From: Thermoplasmatota archaeon
GTDB taxonomy: Archaea; Thermoplasmatota; E2; JACPAO01; JAHFTW01
DNA length: 64,000 nt
Assembly (NCBI GenBank): GCA_041601615.1
Contig: JBFIHX010000004.1
Coordinates: 1-64,000 of the forward strand
Direction of reading: 5' to 3'
Part shown: piece by piece, positions 8,956-18,464 of the stretch
Layout: each line of letters opens with the position of its first letter
Numbering within the stretch: position 1 is the first letter of the stretch
Program-made: the position numbers and the translations under genes
The notes under the pieces: model-generated
Database searches by the model: none
Seen by the model: only the letters and a program-made list of their open reading frames with translations
What the model was told of the DNA's origin: nothing

Positions 8956-9777
8956 TTAGGCCACTTTCTTGACGGCGGCCAGGATGGTCTTGTTGACCAA
9001 CTTGCCCACATCTTGGGCCTTGCCGCGCAGGTCCTTGATTTCGTCCACGGTCCAGGATCCGAAGCCGCCCTTCTGCATGGCGCGCACGTTGCCCTTGGGG
9101 TCGACGCCGAACGTCACGCGGGTGTCGCAGATCAGTTCCTCGTAGAGTCCAGGGTCCGTGAGCACCTTGTCGCCAATCTTGGCGAAGGTGGTGCTGAAGG
9201 TGGCATTGGTCTTGACGAGTGGCAGTGGGCGGTCCTTGCCGTCCTTGTATGCAACGTAGCCGGTCTTGGGGCAGGTGGCGGGCAGCTTGCCGCTCATGAC
9301 GGCTGCGAGCGCCGCGATGCTGCAGGCGTCGAACAGGTTGCCGTCGTAGTCGATGATCTCGAGGTCCACGAAGACACCCCAGACTTTGTCGCCTTCGACA
9401 ATGCAGAGTTTCTCCATGTCGATGACGCCGGACTCGCGCAGGCTACGGTCGGTGACACGGGCCACTTCGATTGCTTCGATGCGGGGCGGGCCAGACTCGA
9501 AGTTGGGGCTCGCCATGATGCAGAACTCGGCCGAAGTCATGAAGTTTCCACGGTTGGCGGTGTCGGCGTAGGGAGTTTCCACTTGGACCTTGACACCGGC
9601 GATGACCTTGGTGTTGCCCAGTTTGACGTAGGCGCTGCCGTTGGCACGGGGCACGAAGCCGCATTGGATGTCGACGTTGCGCATCTCATCGAGCGCACGT
9701 CCATCCTCGCGCTTGCCTTCGGCTAGGAGGTTCTTGATGAAGTCGCGCTTGATGACGCTGACTTGGTTGTCTTCCAT
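8956..9777 (-). CDS. rrp42: exosome complex component Rrp42
   Basis: GKREDGR, ANGSAYVKLGNTKVIAGVK, FESGPP, DYDGNLFDA. Confidence 0.95.
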   Translation of the reverse strand: MEDNQVSVIKRDFIKNLLAEGKREDGRALDEMRNVDIQCGFVPRANGSAYVKLGNTKVIAGVKVQVETPYADTANRGNFMTSAEFCIMASPNFESGPPRIEAIEVARVTDRSLRESGVIDMEKLCIVEGDKVWGVFVDLEIIDYDGNLFDACSIAALAAVMSGKLPATCPKTGYVAYKDGKDRPLPLVKTNATFSTTFAKIGDKVLTDPGLYEELICDTRVTFGVDPKGNVRAMQKGGFGSWTVDEIKDLRGKAQDVGKLVNKTILAAVKKVA

Positions 9778-10584
9778 CTAGGCCACCTCCGCGTCCACGA
9801 CCTTCTCGGACTTGCGTTGCTTGCCCTTTGTCGCTTTGGGTGCGTCCTTTTCGAGGTTGTCGAGTTTGCCGGTGAAGCGGCGTTCGAGGGCTTCGCGCTG
9901 GGCTTTGTAGACTTCGCCGCACGCCTTGACGTTCATGTCGAGTGCCTTCTCGAATTCCTTGCCGGTCAGGTGTCCGTCCATTTGCAGGAGGACCACTTCG
10001 CCGGTGGTCATGTTGATGGCCACGGGCAGGTCGGCGTCGCCGTAGTTGTCTTCGGGGCCATTGAGGTCCACACAGATCTTGCCGTCGACCTTGCCGGCGG
10101 CACATCCGGCCACCATGCCCTTCATGGGGATGCCAGCATCGGCCAGGGCCACAGCGGCGGCCACGAGGGCTGCGATGCGGGTTCCGGCGTCGGCTTGCAG
10201 GATTTCCATGTTGATGTCAATGACACCGCGGGGCCATTGCTCGGTCAGCACGACGTTCTCGAAAGCATCCGCGATGACCTTGCTGATTTCAGCGGAGCGG
10301 CGGTCGGGGCCGGGGCGCTTGCGGTCGCTGGTGCTGAAGGCGGCCATGTTGTACTTGCAGCGGATGACACACTTGTCGGCTTTCTGGAAACGGCGGGGGT
10401 TGAATTCGCGGGGTCCGTAGACGGCCGCCATGACCTTGTTGTTGCCCCACTCGAGGTAGGCGCTGCCGTCGGCGCGGTGCAGGACACCGGCCTCGATGTG
10501 GATGGGGCGGATTTCGTCCACCTTGCGGCCGTCCGTCCGCTTGCCGTTTTTGTCGATGAGTTCGATGCCGGGGTTTACGCCCAT
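9778..10584 (-). CDS. rrp41: exosome complex exonuclease Rrp41
   Basis: RTDGRKVDEIRP, ADGSAYLEWG, RPGPDRRS, QADAGTR; start at ATG 10584. Confidence 0.95.
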   Translation of the reverse strand: MGVNPGIELIDKNGKRTDGRKVDEIRPIHIEAGVLHRADGSAYLEWGNNKVMAAVYGPREFNPRRFQKADKCVIRCKYNMAAFSTSDRKRPGPDRRSAEISKVIADAFENVVLTEQWPRGVIDINMEILQADAGTRIAALVAAAVALADAGIPMKGMVAGCAAGKVDGKICVDLNGPEDNYGDADLPVAINMTTGEVVLLQMDGHLTGKEFEKALDMNVKACGEVYKAQREALERRFTGKLDNLEKDAPKATKGKQRKSEKVVDAEVA

Positions 10585-10585
10585 G

Positions 10586-11290
10586 TTATTCTTCCTCCAG
10601 TGATAGTTCTGCGTCGATGCCACCGGGCTTTGCAGCCTCCAGGAAGCTTCGAACGCGGTCGGTGAGGCCCGGTAGGTGGGCCTCGTTGGCGATCAAGTTG
10701 ATCGTCTTGGTTGCCAGCAGGACTTCGTCCGGCTCGCCGTTGATCCAGATGCGGCCGTTCTGGCCGACAAACAGCCAGCACTCCACGTACTCCTTGAGGA
10801 GGTTGAGCATGCTGCCGTTCTTGCCGATGATGCGTGCCACCTTGACGGGGGACACTTCGATCAGTTCGCCGCCCTCTAGTTTGGCGAGGTTGCGGTCTTT
10901 GAGGGTCACTTGGACCTTCTTTTGGCCGTCCACGAACAGGATCTTGCAAAGGATGGCGTCGCCGGGGCGCAGGTAGGCCATGGTTTCGCCAAAGTCCACC
11001 CGCCAGGGGGCTTCCGAAACGTGCATAGGTGCGAGCCAGGGGGCGCGCACGTCCACGATCCAGTTGCCGGGGTTTGCTTCTGCGACCACGCCGACGACGG
11101 TGTCGCCGGCTTTGGGTTCGTAGGCGCCGTTGAACGGAATCACGCTGACGCGGCCGTTGTACTTGGCAACGAGGCCGCTTTGGGTGGCGACGACTTGGTC
11201 GCCGACTTTTTTGCAGCCGGTGGTCGCGTTCCACTCGCGGGCGTCCGCAAGGACATCTCCCACGATGACGAGTTCTCTCTTTTGTGACAT
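10586..11290 (-). CDS. rrp4: exosome RNA-binding protein Rrp4
   Basis: YEPKAGDTVVG S1 domain, RIIGKNGSM KH domain, GQNGRIW; start at ATG 11290. Confidence 0.93.
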   Translation of the reverse strand: MSQKRELVIVGDVLADAREWNATTGCKKVGDQVVATQSGLVAKYNGRVSVIPFNGAYEPKAGDTVVGVVAEANPGNWIVDVRAPWLAPMHVSEAPWRVDFGETMAYLRPGDAILCKILFVDGQKKVQVTLKDRNLAKLEGGELIEVSPVKVARIIGKNGSMLNLLKEYVECWLFVGQNGRIWINGEPDEVLLATKTINLIANEAHLPGLTDRVRSFLEAAKPGGIDAELSLEEE

Positions 11291-11298
11291 GTGTACTC

Positions 11299-12003
11299 CT
11301 AAAGTAAGCGTGTCTCCACGCTGCCCTGGGTCAGGGCGTTGAGCCGGTCGTAGACTTCTGTCTGCGTTCCGGCAGGGATTTCGAGGACGGCGATGAGGCT
11401 GCCGTCCGATTGCCATTCTTCCTTCAACAAGTCGCCGAGGCTGCGCAGGTGTCCAATGGCGGAACCTGTGTGCTCGGATGCGACCTTGAGGGCGACCTTG
11501 ATGCGCTCGAAGGCGATAGGCAGGAGGGGGCGCAATTTCTTGAACGCCTCCTGGACCTGTTCTTCGACGGGGCGCAAGGGATCGGCGCGCCATTTGGCCT
11601 CTTCCAGGGCTCGCTCGATGCGGTCCTTCGGGTGGGGCATTTTGGTTTGCGGATTCCACGTCTCGCGGGCGATCGTGGTCACGATGCGCTTGTGCTTCTG
11701 CTCCAGCATCCGTTTGCGCTGGTCCTGGGTGAGCTGAATTTCGCCCTCGCGTAGGATGCGGCGAGCGATGGCAGTGAGGTCGTTGGTTTCGAACGACTTC
11801 TGCTTCTGTTCTTCGCTGGCACGCTCGCCTTCGGACCAATCCACGAACACGTCGTCGGCGGCTAGAAGCGCGTCGATTTCGGTGGCGGGCGCTTCGTCCC
11901 AACGGCCGTAGAGCTTCTCGACGCTTTCCGGGTCGACGAGAATTTCGAACGTGGTGCCGAATCGGGAAAGTCTTGCGACCACGGCGTCGTCTAGGGAGAC
12001 CAT
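11299..12003 (-). CDS. sdo1: ribosome assembly factor SBDS/Sdo1
   Basis: MVSLDDAVVARL..FEILVDP, GEIQLT, NPQTKMPHP. Confidence 0.94.
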   Translation of the reverse strand: MVSLDDAVVARLSRFGTTFEILVDPESVEKLYGRWDEAPATEIDALLAADDVFVDWSEGERASEEQKQKSFETNDLTAIARRILREGEIQLTQDQRKRMLEQKHKRIVTTIARETWNPQTKMPHPKDRIERALEEAKWRADPLRPVEEQVQEAFKKLRPLLPIAFERIKVALKVASEHTGSAIGHLRSLGDLLKEEWQSDGSLIAVLEIPAGTQTEVYDRLNALTQGSVETRLL

Positions 12004-12010
12004 GGACTGA

Positions 12011-12745
12011 TCACTCCAGGGTGTCCAGGAAGCCTTTCACGGTCGTCACGACATCCTTGGCAGACATCTTGGCAAACCGTCCGAGGCCTTCCCCGTCCGT
12101 GCGGACGATGGCGATCTCGAGTGCTTCCGAATTGAGCTTGCCTTCCGTGGCAGCGTGCAGCGCCTTGAGCCCAAGGGCGATGGCGCCGTCGACGCTGAGG
12201 CCGTCTTCGTGGGCTTCTTCGAGCACTTCCATGGCCTTGGGTCGGCCGCTGCCGACTGCGCTGGCTTGGTACTCGATGAGCGCGCCGCTGGGGTCCGTCT
12301 CAAAGAGGTGTGGGCCCGATTGGTCGACACCCGCAATCAGCAGCGCGGTGCCGAAGGGGCGTCCGCCGCCATACTGGGTGTAGCTTTGCTTGTAATCGCA
12401 GACCTTCTTGACAAGCGTCTCCACCGGAATTGGCTCGTCGTAGGTGACGCGGTTGTATTGTCCTTCGATACGGGCACGGTCCACGAGGGCGCGTGCGTCG
12501 GCCACCAGGCCGCTTGTTGCGCATCCGAGGTGCTCGTCGATGGCGAAAATCTTCTCGATGCTGGCAGGAACCACCAGTCGGCTCTGGACGCGCTTGTCCA
12601 CGAGGAGCACCACGCAATCGTCGCCTCGAACACCCACTGCTGTGGTGCCGCGCTTGACCGCTTCGCGTGCGTACTCGACTTGGAACAGTCGTCCGTCGGG
12701 GCTAAAGACCGTGATGGCACGGTCGTAGGCCATATTGGGTTGCAT
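12011..12745 (-). CDS. psmA: proteasome subunit alpha
   Basis: YDRAITVFSPDGRLFQVEYAREAVKRG; ATG 12745 with GGAG upstream. Confidence 0.97.
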   Translation of the reverse strand: MQPNMAYDRAITVFSPDGRLFQVEYAREAVKRGTTAVGVRGDDCVVLLVDKRVQSRLVVPASIEKIFAIDEHLGCATSGLVADARALVDRARIEGQYNRVTYDEPIPVETLVKKVCDYKQSYTQYGGGRPFGTALLIAGVDQSGPHLFETDPSGALIEYQASAVGSGRPKAMEVLEEAHEDGLSVDGAIALGLKALHAATEGKLNSEALEIAIVRTDGEGLGRFAKMSAKDVVTTVKGFLDTLE

Positions 12746-12957
12746 GTCCACTCCTATGGACCGAAGTGCCTTGGCCGCCGACGCAAATATAGCGCGCCGT
12801 GGTGCCAGGGACCACTTTCTTCGGTTATTAGCCGGCGCGAAGTGCACCCTCTTGAAAGGCTTGACGACGAGGGAATCGCGCAAAAAGGGGCGAAAAGGGG
12901 AATTGTTTGCCATTTTTCACGAGAGGGGTTGATGAACCTACTCGTCCATAGGGGCTC

Positions 12958-13353
12958 ATGCGCACGCTCGCCGCCAGCATTCTCGTCGCTATCTTCGTGG
13001 TCGCCCCCGCCCAGGCTTTCGAGCCCGCGAACGATTCGACCCGAATGAACCACGAGGAAACTCTTGATGACCTCCTGGACAGCACGGAGTTCCTAGACGA
13101 ATCGCTTGGCCCCCTCGGCGCGTGCTTCCGACAATCAGGAGTTCAAGCCATCAAGGACGTGTATGGCAGCGAAGACCAAAGCAGGGGTGCCCTGTCGTGC
13201 GTCGGCGGCGAATGCTTCAAGCCCAAGCCCGGCGCTCTATTTTTGAGCGTCGACAACTGTCGAGAAATGGTGGAGGACATCGTGGACGAGATCATCGACA
13301 CCCGCTCCTACCAACTAGCCGACTCCGGACCCATCGAGACCTTCCAAGCCTAG
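12958..13353 (+). CDS. small secreted protein, 4 Cys
   Basis: Sec signal ending AQA; divergent from psmA. Confidence 0.6.
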   Translation: MRTLAASILVAIFVVAPAQAFEPANDSTRMNHEETLDDLLDSTEFLDESLGPLGACFRQSGVQAIKDVYGSEDQSRGALSCVGGECFKPKPGALFLSVDNCREMVEDIVDEIIDTRSYQLADSGPIETFQA

Positions 13354-13363
13354 AGTTACCATC

Positions 13364-14791
13364 ATGAAACGACTGGCGACCTTCGTCCTCCTGCTCGTGC
13401 TTCTGCCCGCCACCGCCACGGCCCTGGTCGTGACGCCGGCAGCGGTCACTACGAGCGAAGGCACGGTCCTGGTCCAGTGGCAAGAAGACGCCCACGCCTC
13501 GCTCCGACTCCAAGCCAAACACATCAGCGGCAGCCTCATGGACACCGTCAAAGAGGACCGCATCGACAACCGAGGCACACCCCTTCCGAACCTGGAAAAT
13601 GCCACCGGAAACGGCGGCACCTACCAACAGGCGCTCCCCAATGGGGCGGGACATGTGTCGCTCGTGCGCTCCGGCGCCGCAACCATCATCATTCAACCCA
13701 TCTCGGACGACTTTCGCACATCGTATTCCACCAAAGGAGACGTCGTCCTGCGCTCCGTCGACGAAGAGGTGCTGGAATCCAACCACGCCTACGACGACCC
13801 CGACGCCGAGTTGGATGCTCCAGACAACTATGTCTACAGAGTCCACGACGTAGTTGCCGCCGGATCAAAGGACCAAACCACGCTCCGCATTGACGGAGAC
13901 TTCTTGCTCTACGTCTGGGACGCAACGGTGCTCCAAGAGACCTCAGATACTGCACATACCCATTTCACGGGCGTCTGGAAAGAAAACGGGCGCGCCCCCG
14001 GCCTCCAGGACATCCACTACCAACACGCTCTCTTCGTCGTTCGCGGCGGCCACCTGCGTATGGAGGCTCCAGAAGGAGCGACGGTGTATGCACCACAACT
14101 GGCGCTGCACGCCACCGCCGGCAACGACGGCCCCCTCGGCTTCACCGCCTCCACAGACCCAATCCTTGCCACCATCGACGGCGACCGCGTGGCACTCACC
14201 CAGGCAGCCGTACCCGCAACGCCCGGGCTCGGCATCCCTGCCAACTCCCTAACCCTCTGGTGGCTCCCCGCCTCCGCCCTCGTGCTGCTTGCACTCGCCG
14301 TGGCGCCCAACATCATCGGGCGAGACCACGCGAACCTCGGCAACCTCCTCGATCGCCTCTGCGCCGCCCGCGCCCAAGGATTCCGCAAGCTCTCACTCAA
14401 CGCCGAACGCCGCCACCAACTAGGCCTTGCTGCCCACTGGATGGGCCGGGCGGCGCATTGGGACACCGACCCTGAACTTCGCATGCAACAGGGCATCTAC
14501 CTGCGCCTTGCCGACCGCCCACGCCGCGCCCTGCGCATCCACCACATCGCAGACCAAGCCTTCCGCGCCACCGGCATCACACACGCCCTCAACAGCTACG
14601 AAGCCGCCCGCGCCGCCGCCCGCACCGGCCGCCTCGACGAAGCCATCCAATGGCTCCTGTCCGCCGTCCAAGAAGAAACCTGGCTGGCCCGAAAAGCACC
14701 CTTCGAACCAGACCTCGCGCCGCTTCGCCGCCGACCCGAATTCATGGACCTTCGATTCGCCGCAGACCCCGATGGCCTGCTGCGACCGTGA
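13364..14791 (+). CDS. membrane-anchored protein: extracellular domain, TM helix, cytoplasmic TPR-like tail
   Basis: signal peptide, TM LWWLPASALVLLALAVAP, C-terminal YEAARAAA..DEAIQWL...DLAPLRRRPEF TPR-cap motif. Confidence 0.65.
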   Translation: MKRLATFVLLLVLLPATATALVVTPAAVTTSEGTVLVQWQEDAHASLRLQAKHISGSLMDTVKEDRIDNRGTPLPNLENATGNGGTYQQALPNGAGHVSLVRSGAATIIIQPISDDFRTSYSTKGDVVLRSVDEEVLESNHAYDDPDAELDAPDNYVYRVHDVVAAGSKDQTTLRIDGDFLLYVWDATVLQETSDTAHTHFTGVWKENGRAPGLQDIHYQHALFVVRGGHLRMEAPEGATVYAPQLALHATAGNDGPLGFTASTDPILATIDGDRVALTQAAVPATPGLGIPANSLTLWWLPASALVLLALAVAPNIIGRDHANLGNLLDRLCAARAQGFRKLSLNAERRHQLGLAAHWMGRAAHWDTDPELRMQQGIYLRLADRPRRALRIHHIADQAFRATGITHALNSYEAARAAARTGRLDEAIQWLLSAVQEETWLARKAPFEPDLAPLRRRPEFMDLRFAADPDGLLRP

Positions 14792-14880
14792 CGAATACGC
14801 AACCATTTGGTTCTGCGTTGGCAACAGGTTCTTCAGCTCGCCGTCAAGACCTCTAAGTACCCCCCCTGTGATGTGCGAAC

Positions 14881-15504
14881 GTGTCCTGGGGTGGATCAAT
14901 ATACCAACAAGCCGCGGCCCCCGTCGTGCGAAGTGTCGTCCCACAAGAGTTGACGGCGGCGCAACAGACCGTCTACGCGGTCCTGCAACGCCTTCCAGGC
15001 GCCACAATCCAGGATGTAGCCCAAGAGTTGTCTTTGGGTCACACCACCGCCACCTACCACCTCAACTGCCTTACGGAACGAGGCATCGTCCACCCAGAAC
15101 GAGACGGCCGCGCCGTGCGCCACTTTCTAGCCGCACGCCATGACGACGCCGCCGCCTATGTGGGCGCCCTGCTTCGAGACGAACGCAAAGAACGCGTCCT
15201 CACCCACCTAGCCAGCGGCCGCGCCGATGGCTGCACCGTCAACCGACTCGCAAAGAGCGTTCACCTTCCCTACGGCTTCGTGCGCCGCACCCTCGACCAA
15301 CTCCTAGACCGAGGCTACGTAGACGTGGTGCGCCACCGCGGCTGGCACCAAGTACGCGCCCGCGCCCTGCTGCACGACTCCATGGCCCGCCACGGCCACC
15401 AAGCGCCCGTACAAAACCCTATAAACGGGACCCCTGTCGCCGGCTCATCCGCACCGGCTTCTCAGGAAGTTGGTCCCGCAGGAGTCCCAGACTTCCGCCG
15501 GTAG
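14881..15504 (+). CDS. tandem winged-helix transcriptional regulator
   Basis: PGATIQDVAQELSLGHTTATYHLNCL plus second HTH TVNRLAKSVHLPYGFVRRTLDQL; start uncertain. Confidence 0.8.
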   Translation: MSWGGSIYQQAAAPVVRSVVPQELTAAQQTVYAVLQRLPGATIQDVAQELSLGHTTATYHLNCLTERGIVHPERDGRAVRHFLAARHDDAAAYVGALLRDERKERVLTHLASGRADGCTVNRLAKSVHLPYGFVRRTLDQLLDRGYVDVVRHRGWHQVRARALLHDSMARHGHQAPVQNPINGTPVAGSSAPASQEVGPAGVPDFRR

Positions 15505-15577
15505 AGACGCGGCCTACATGGCCAGCGGAAATTCCGGTGGCATCAGGGCTTCGCGGCGGAACTAGGAGTGTATCCCT

Positions 15578-16834
15578 ATGGCAAGCGAAAAGCCCCACAT
15601 GAACATGGTCGTCATCGGCCACGTTGACCACGGCAAGTCCACCCTCGTGGGCCGCCTGATGCTCGACACAGGCCAGTTCCCTGCTCACCAGATTGAGCAG
15701 TTCAAGAAAGAAGCCGCCGAGAAGGGTAAGGGTTCTTTCTTCCTGGCTTGGGTCATGGACAACTTGAAGGAAGAGCGCGAACGCGGTGTGACGATCGACG
15801 TCGCCCACAAGAAGTTCGACACCGACAAGTACTACTTCACGATCATCGACGCCCCCGGGCACCGTGACTTCGTCAAGAACATGATCACCGGCGCTTCCCA
15901 AGCGGACTGCGCCATCTTGACCTGCAGCGCCGTCGAAGGCCCGCAGGCCCAGACCAAGGAGCACGTGTTCCTGTCCAAGACCCTCGGCATCGACCAACTC
16001 GTCGTCGCCGTCAACAAGATCGACTCCGTTGACTACTCCGAAGAGAAGTTCAACGCCGCCTGCGAAGGTGTGCGCAAGCTCACCAAGCTGATCGGCTTCA
16101 AGGAGGACAAGGTCCGCTTCGTCCCCGTCAGTGCCTTCGTCGGCGCCAACATCAAGGAGAAGTGCGCCGACATGCCCTGGTACAACGGCCCCACCCTCTT
16201 GCAGGCCATCGATGAGTTCGTTCTCCCGAACAAGCCCACCGACAAGCCCCTGCGCCTGCCGATCCAGGATGTCTACTCCATCACCGGCATCGGCACCGTG
16301 CCCGTCGGCAAGGTCGAGACCGGCATCCTGCGCCCCGGCCAACAGATCCACTTCAACCCGTCCAACAAGACGGCCGAATGCAAGTCGATTGAAATGCACC
16401 ACGAGATGCTCGACAAGGCTGAGCCCGGCGACAACGTCGGTTTCAACTGCCGTGGCCTCGGCAAGAACGACATCAAGCGCGGCGACGTCGGTGCCCCCAC
16501 CGACAACCAGGCGACCGTGGCCCGCACCTTCACCGCTCAGGTCATCGTGCTCAACCACCCCAGCGTCATCACCGTCGGCTACACCCCGGTGTTCCACGCC
16601 TACACGGCCCAGACCGCCTGCCAGTTCGAGGAGATCAAGAAGGTCATCCGCGGCGGCAAGGAAGTCGAGAACACCTTCATGAAGACCGGCGACCAGGGCG
16701 TCGTCAAGATCCGCCCGACCCGCCCCATGGTGGTCGAGAAGGCCGCTGACTTCCCCGCACTGGGCCGTTTCGCCATCCGCGACATGGGCCAGACCGTGGC
16801 TGTCGGTGTGGCTGTCGATGTAGAGGCCCGCTAG
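15578..16834 (+). CDS. tuf: translation elongation factor 1-alpha (aEF-1A)
   Basis: [50 protein letters not shown]. Confidence 0.98.
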   Translation: MASEKPHMNMVVIGHVDHGKSTLVGRLMLDTGQFPAHQIEQFKKEAAEKGKGSFFLAWVMDNLKEERERGVTIDVAHKKFDTDKYYFTIIDAPGHRDFVKNMITGASQADCAILTCSAVEGPQAQTKEHVFLSKTLGIDQLVVAVNKIDSVDYSEEKFNAACEGVRKLTKLIGFKEDKVRFVPVSAFVGANIKEKCADMPWYNGPTLLQAIDEFVLPNKPTDKPLRLPIQDVYSITGIGTVPVGKVETGILRPGQQIHFNPSNKTAECKSIEMHHEMLDKAEPGDNVGFNCRGLGKNDIKRGDVGAPTDNQATVARTFTAQVIVLNHPSVITVGYTPVFHAYTAQTACQFEEIKKVIRGGKEVENTFMKTGDQGVVKIRPTRPMVVEKAADFPALGRFAIRDMGQTVAVGVAVDVEAR

Positions 16835-16869
16835 GCCCCTTTCTTCCGGTTCTTCCGGAGGTTACCCTA

Positions 16870-17184
16870 ATGGCTACCGCAAAGGCCCGCATCAGCCTCA
16901 CCGGCACGGATCCCGTCAAGGTCGACTCCGTGTGCTCCCAGATCAAGCAGATCAGTGAGCGCACTGGCGTCAACATGGCAGGTCCGATCCCGCTGCCCAC
17001 CAAGAAGCTCACCGTCCCGGTCCGCAAGGCCCCCGACGGAGAGGGCTCCGAGACGTGGGATCGCTGGCAGATGCGCGTCCACAAGCGCCTTATCGACCTC
17101 GATGCCGATGACCGCGCCCTAAGGCAACTGATGCGAATTCAGGTGCCCGACGGCGTGAACATCGAAATCATGCTCCGCTCGTAA
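16870..17184 (+). CDS. rpsJ: 30S ribosomal protein S10
   Basis: [30 protein letters not shown]. Confidence 0.97.
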   Translation: MATAKARISLTGTDPVKVDSVCSQIKQISERTGVNMAGPIPLPTKKLTVPVRKAPDGEGSETWDRWQMRVHKRLIDLDADDRALRQLMRIQVPDGVNIEIMLRS

Positions 17185-17212
17185 GAGCAAGCAGGGTCTA
17201 GAGTCGTACCGA

Positions 17213-17290
17213 TTCCTCCTCCCCTTCCCCCTTCCTTCTCCCCCGTCCTTCTCTTCTTTGCTTGGACGTGGCTTGATCTCTGTTTTTCGA
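17213..17290 (+). terminator. pyrimidine-rich tract after rpsJ, likely archaeal terminator region
   Basis: long C/T run ending in T-rich stretch. Confidence 0.4.
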
Positions 17291-17374
17291 GCGCGAGCGC
17301 CGCTGCCCCGGCTCTGACAAAATCGTCTCGTTGCAAGCCCGACCGTTGATGTACCCCCACGCGTCTGCGCCTTC

Positions 17375-17653
17375 ATGGACGACCGCCTCATTGAGGTCTA
17401 CGAGCTGGCTATGATGGGCGACTTGGACGCCGCTCGGGAGATGCTGAATGGAATTACCACGGACGTGGACCAGGATGACTTGACGGAGATGCGTCAGTTC
17501 TTGGACGACACGGAATCGGGCGAGGGCGAGGTCAAGCAAATGGATGGCGCGGACGCCATGGGTGCCTTGACGGGCGCAACACCGCTTCCTTCGGGCGAAG
17601 ATGAGGCCGACGGAGTCGCTGCGGCAGGGTCCGACGATTCCGAAGAAGAGTAG
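17375..17653 (+). CDS. small highly acidic hypothetical protein
   Basis: 92 aa, D/E-rich, ATG start. Confidence 0.55.
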   Translation: MDDRLIEVYELAMMGDLDAAREMLNGITTDVDQDDLTEMRQFLDDTESGEGEVKQMDGADAMGALTGATPLPSGEDEADGVAAAGSDDSEEE

Positions 17654-18009
17654 GCTCGGGTGGCTGCTTGGTGGATGCGTCGAAGTGTCGAATCGACGCG
17701 CTCAGCTCCTTTGATGGTGGTTTGGCCTTGATGGACGCCACCATGTAGAGCAAAACGGAGCCCGTCCCTTGCGCGGCTTCTTCCAGGCCCACATCCAGGA
17801 CCGCCAAAAATACGTCATGCTCAGGCGCGAGGGGAGCTTCAAGCCTCGCCGTTGATTCGACAAACGCACTCATCCCTGGGTGCCCCGGTGCCACCGCTTT
17901 CTGATTGGGTGGGAGAGGTGGAGAAAGGGAGTACGAGTCCTCCTTTACTCCATCGTCTTCGCCTTCGCCAGCCTCTGGCGGGGGAGACTCGGACGATTGG
18001 CGTAGGCTC

Positions 18010-18333
18010 TTAGCAGGTGCCGACGCGAACCGGGGAGGTGTCGACGTAGAGCACCGAGTAGCAGTTCCACGAGTTACCATCGCAGTAGTTGTAGGTCTGG
18101 TAGTAGACGTTGATTACGGAATCGTAGTAGTCGCGTCGGGAGTAGCAGGAGTAGTAGGTTCCCGAGTAGTCACTGCATCGCTCGACGGCGGGGTCGCCGC
18201 TCAAGGGGTTGTACAGGACCGTGGTACAGGTCGTGTAGTGGTTGGCCGATGCCGGGGGCACGGCGAGCAGGCTTGCAGTCAGGAGCACTCCGAGGGTGAG
18301 AATCTTGAGTATAGAGTTCACGAGCGGCGTCAT
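18010..18333 (-). CDS. secreted Cys/Tyr-rich small protein (107 aa)
   Basis: signal peptide ending PASA; mature part has 6 Cys and 14 Tyr; AT-rich upstream region. Confidence 0.7.
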   Translation of the reverse strand: MTPLVNSILKILTLGVLLTASLLAVPPASANHYTTCTTVLYNPLSGDPAVERCSDYSGTYYSCYSRRDYYDSVINVYYQTYNYCDGNSWNCYSVLYVDTSPVRVGTC

Positions 18334-18464
18334 TTCATATTTCAAATAAATATTTATTGGTTGGTATGGCGTCCTTATAGTATACCCCATGGTTTATAGT
18401 TATTTCTGAAGAACTTTTCGAAATCAGCATGAATTCAGAGTCGAAGCAGGGATTGAAGCCCTTT

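Noticed and set aside
10586-11902. Long N-terminal extensions in the ORF track (rrp4, rpl37Ae, psmA, MFS, nucS, sialidase-like and others)
   Set aside because: They overlap neighbouring genes or intergenic DNA and lack homology features; internal ATG/GTG starts fit better, so they are not fusions.
17532-18080. 182-aa minus-strand ORF, or its internal MSAFVES... start
   Set aside because: Overlaps two better-supported genes and has no recognisable motif; left uncalled.
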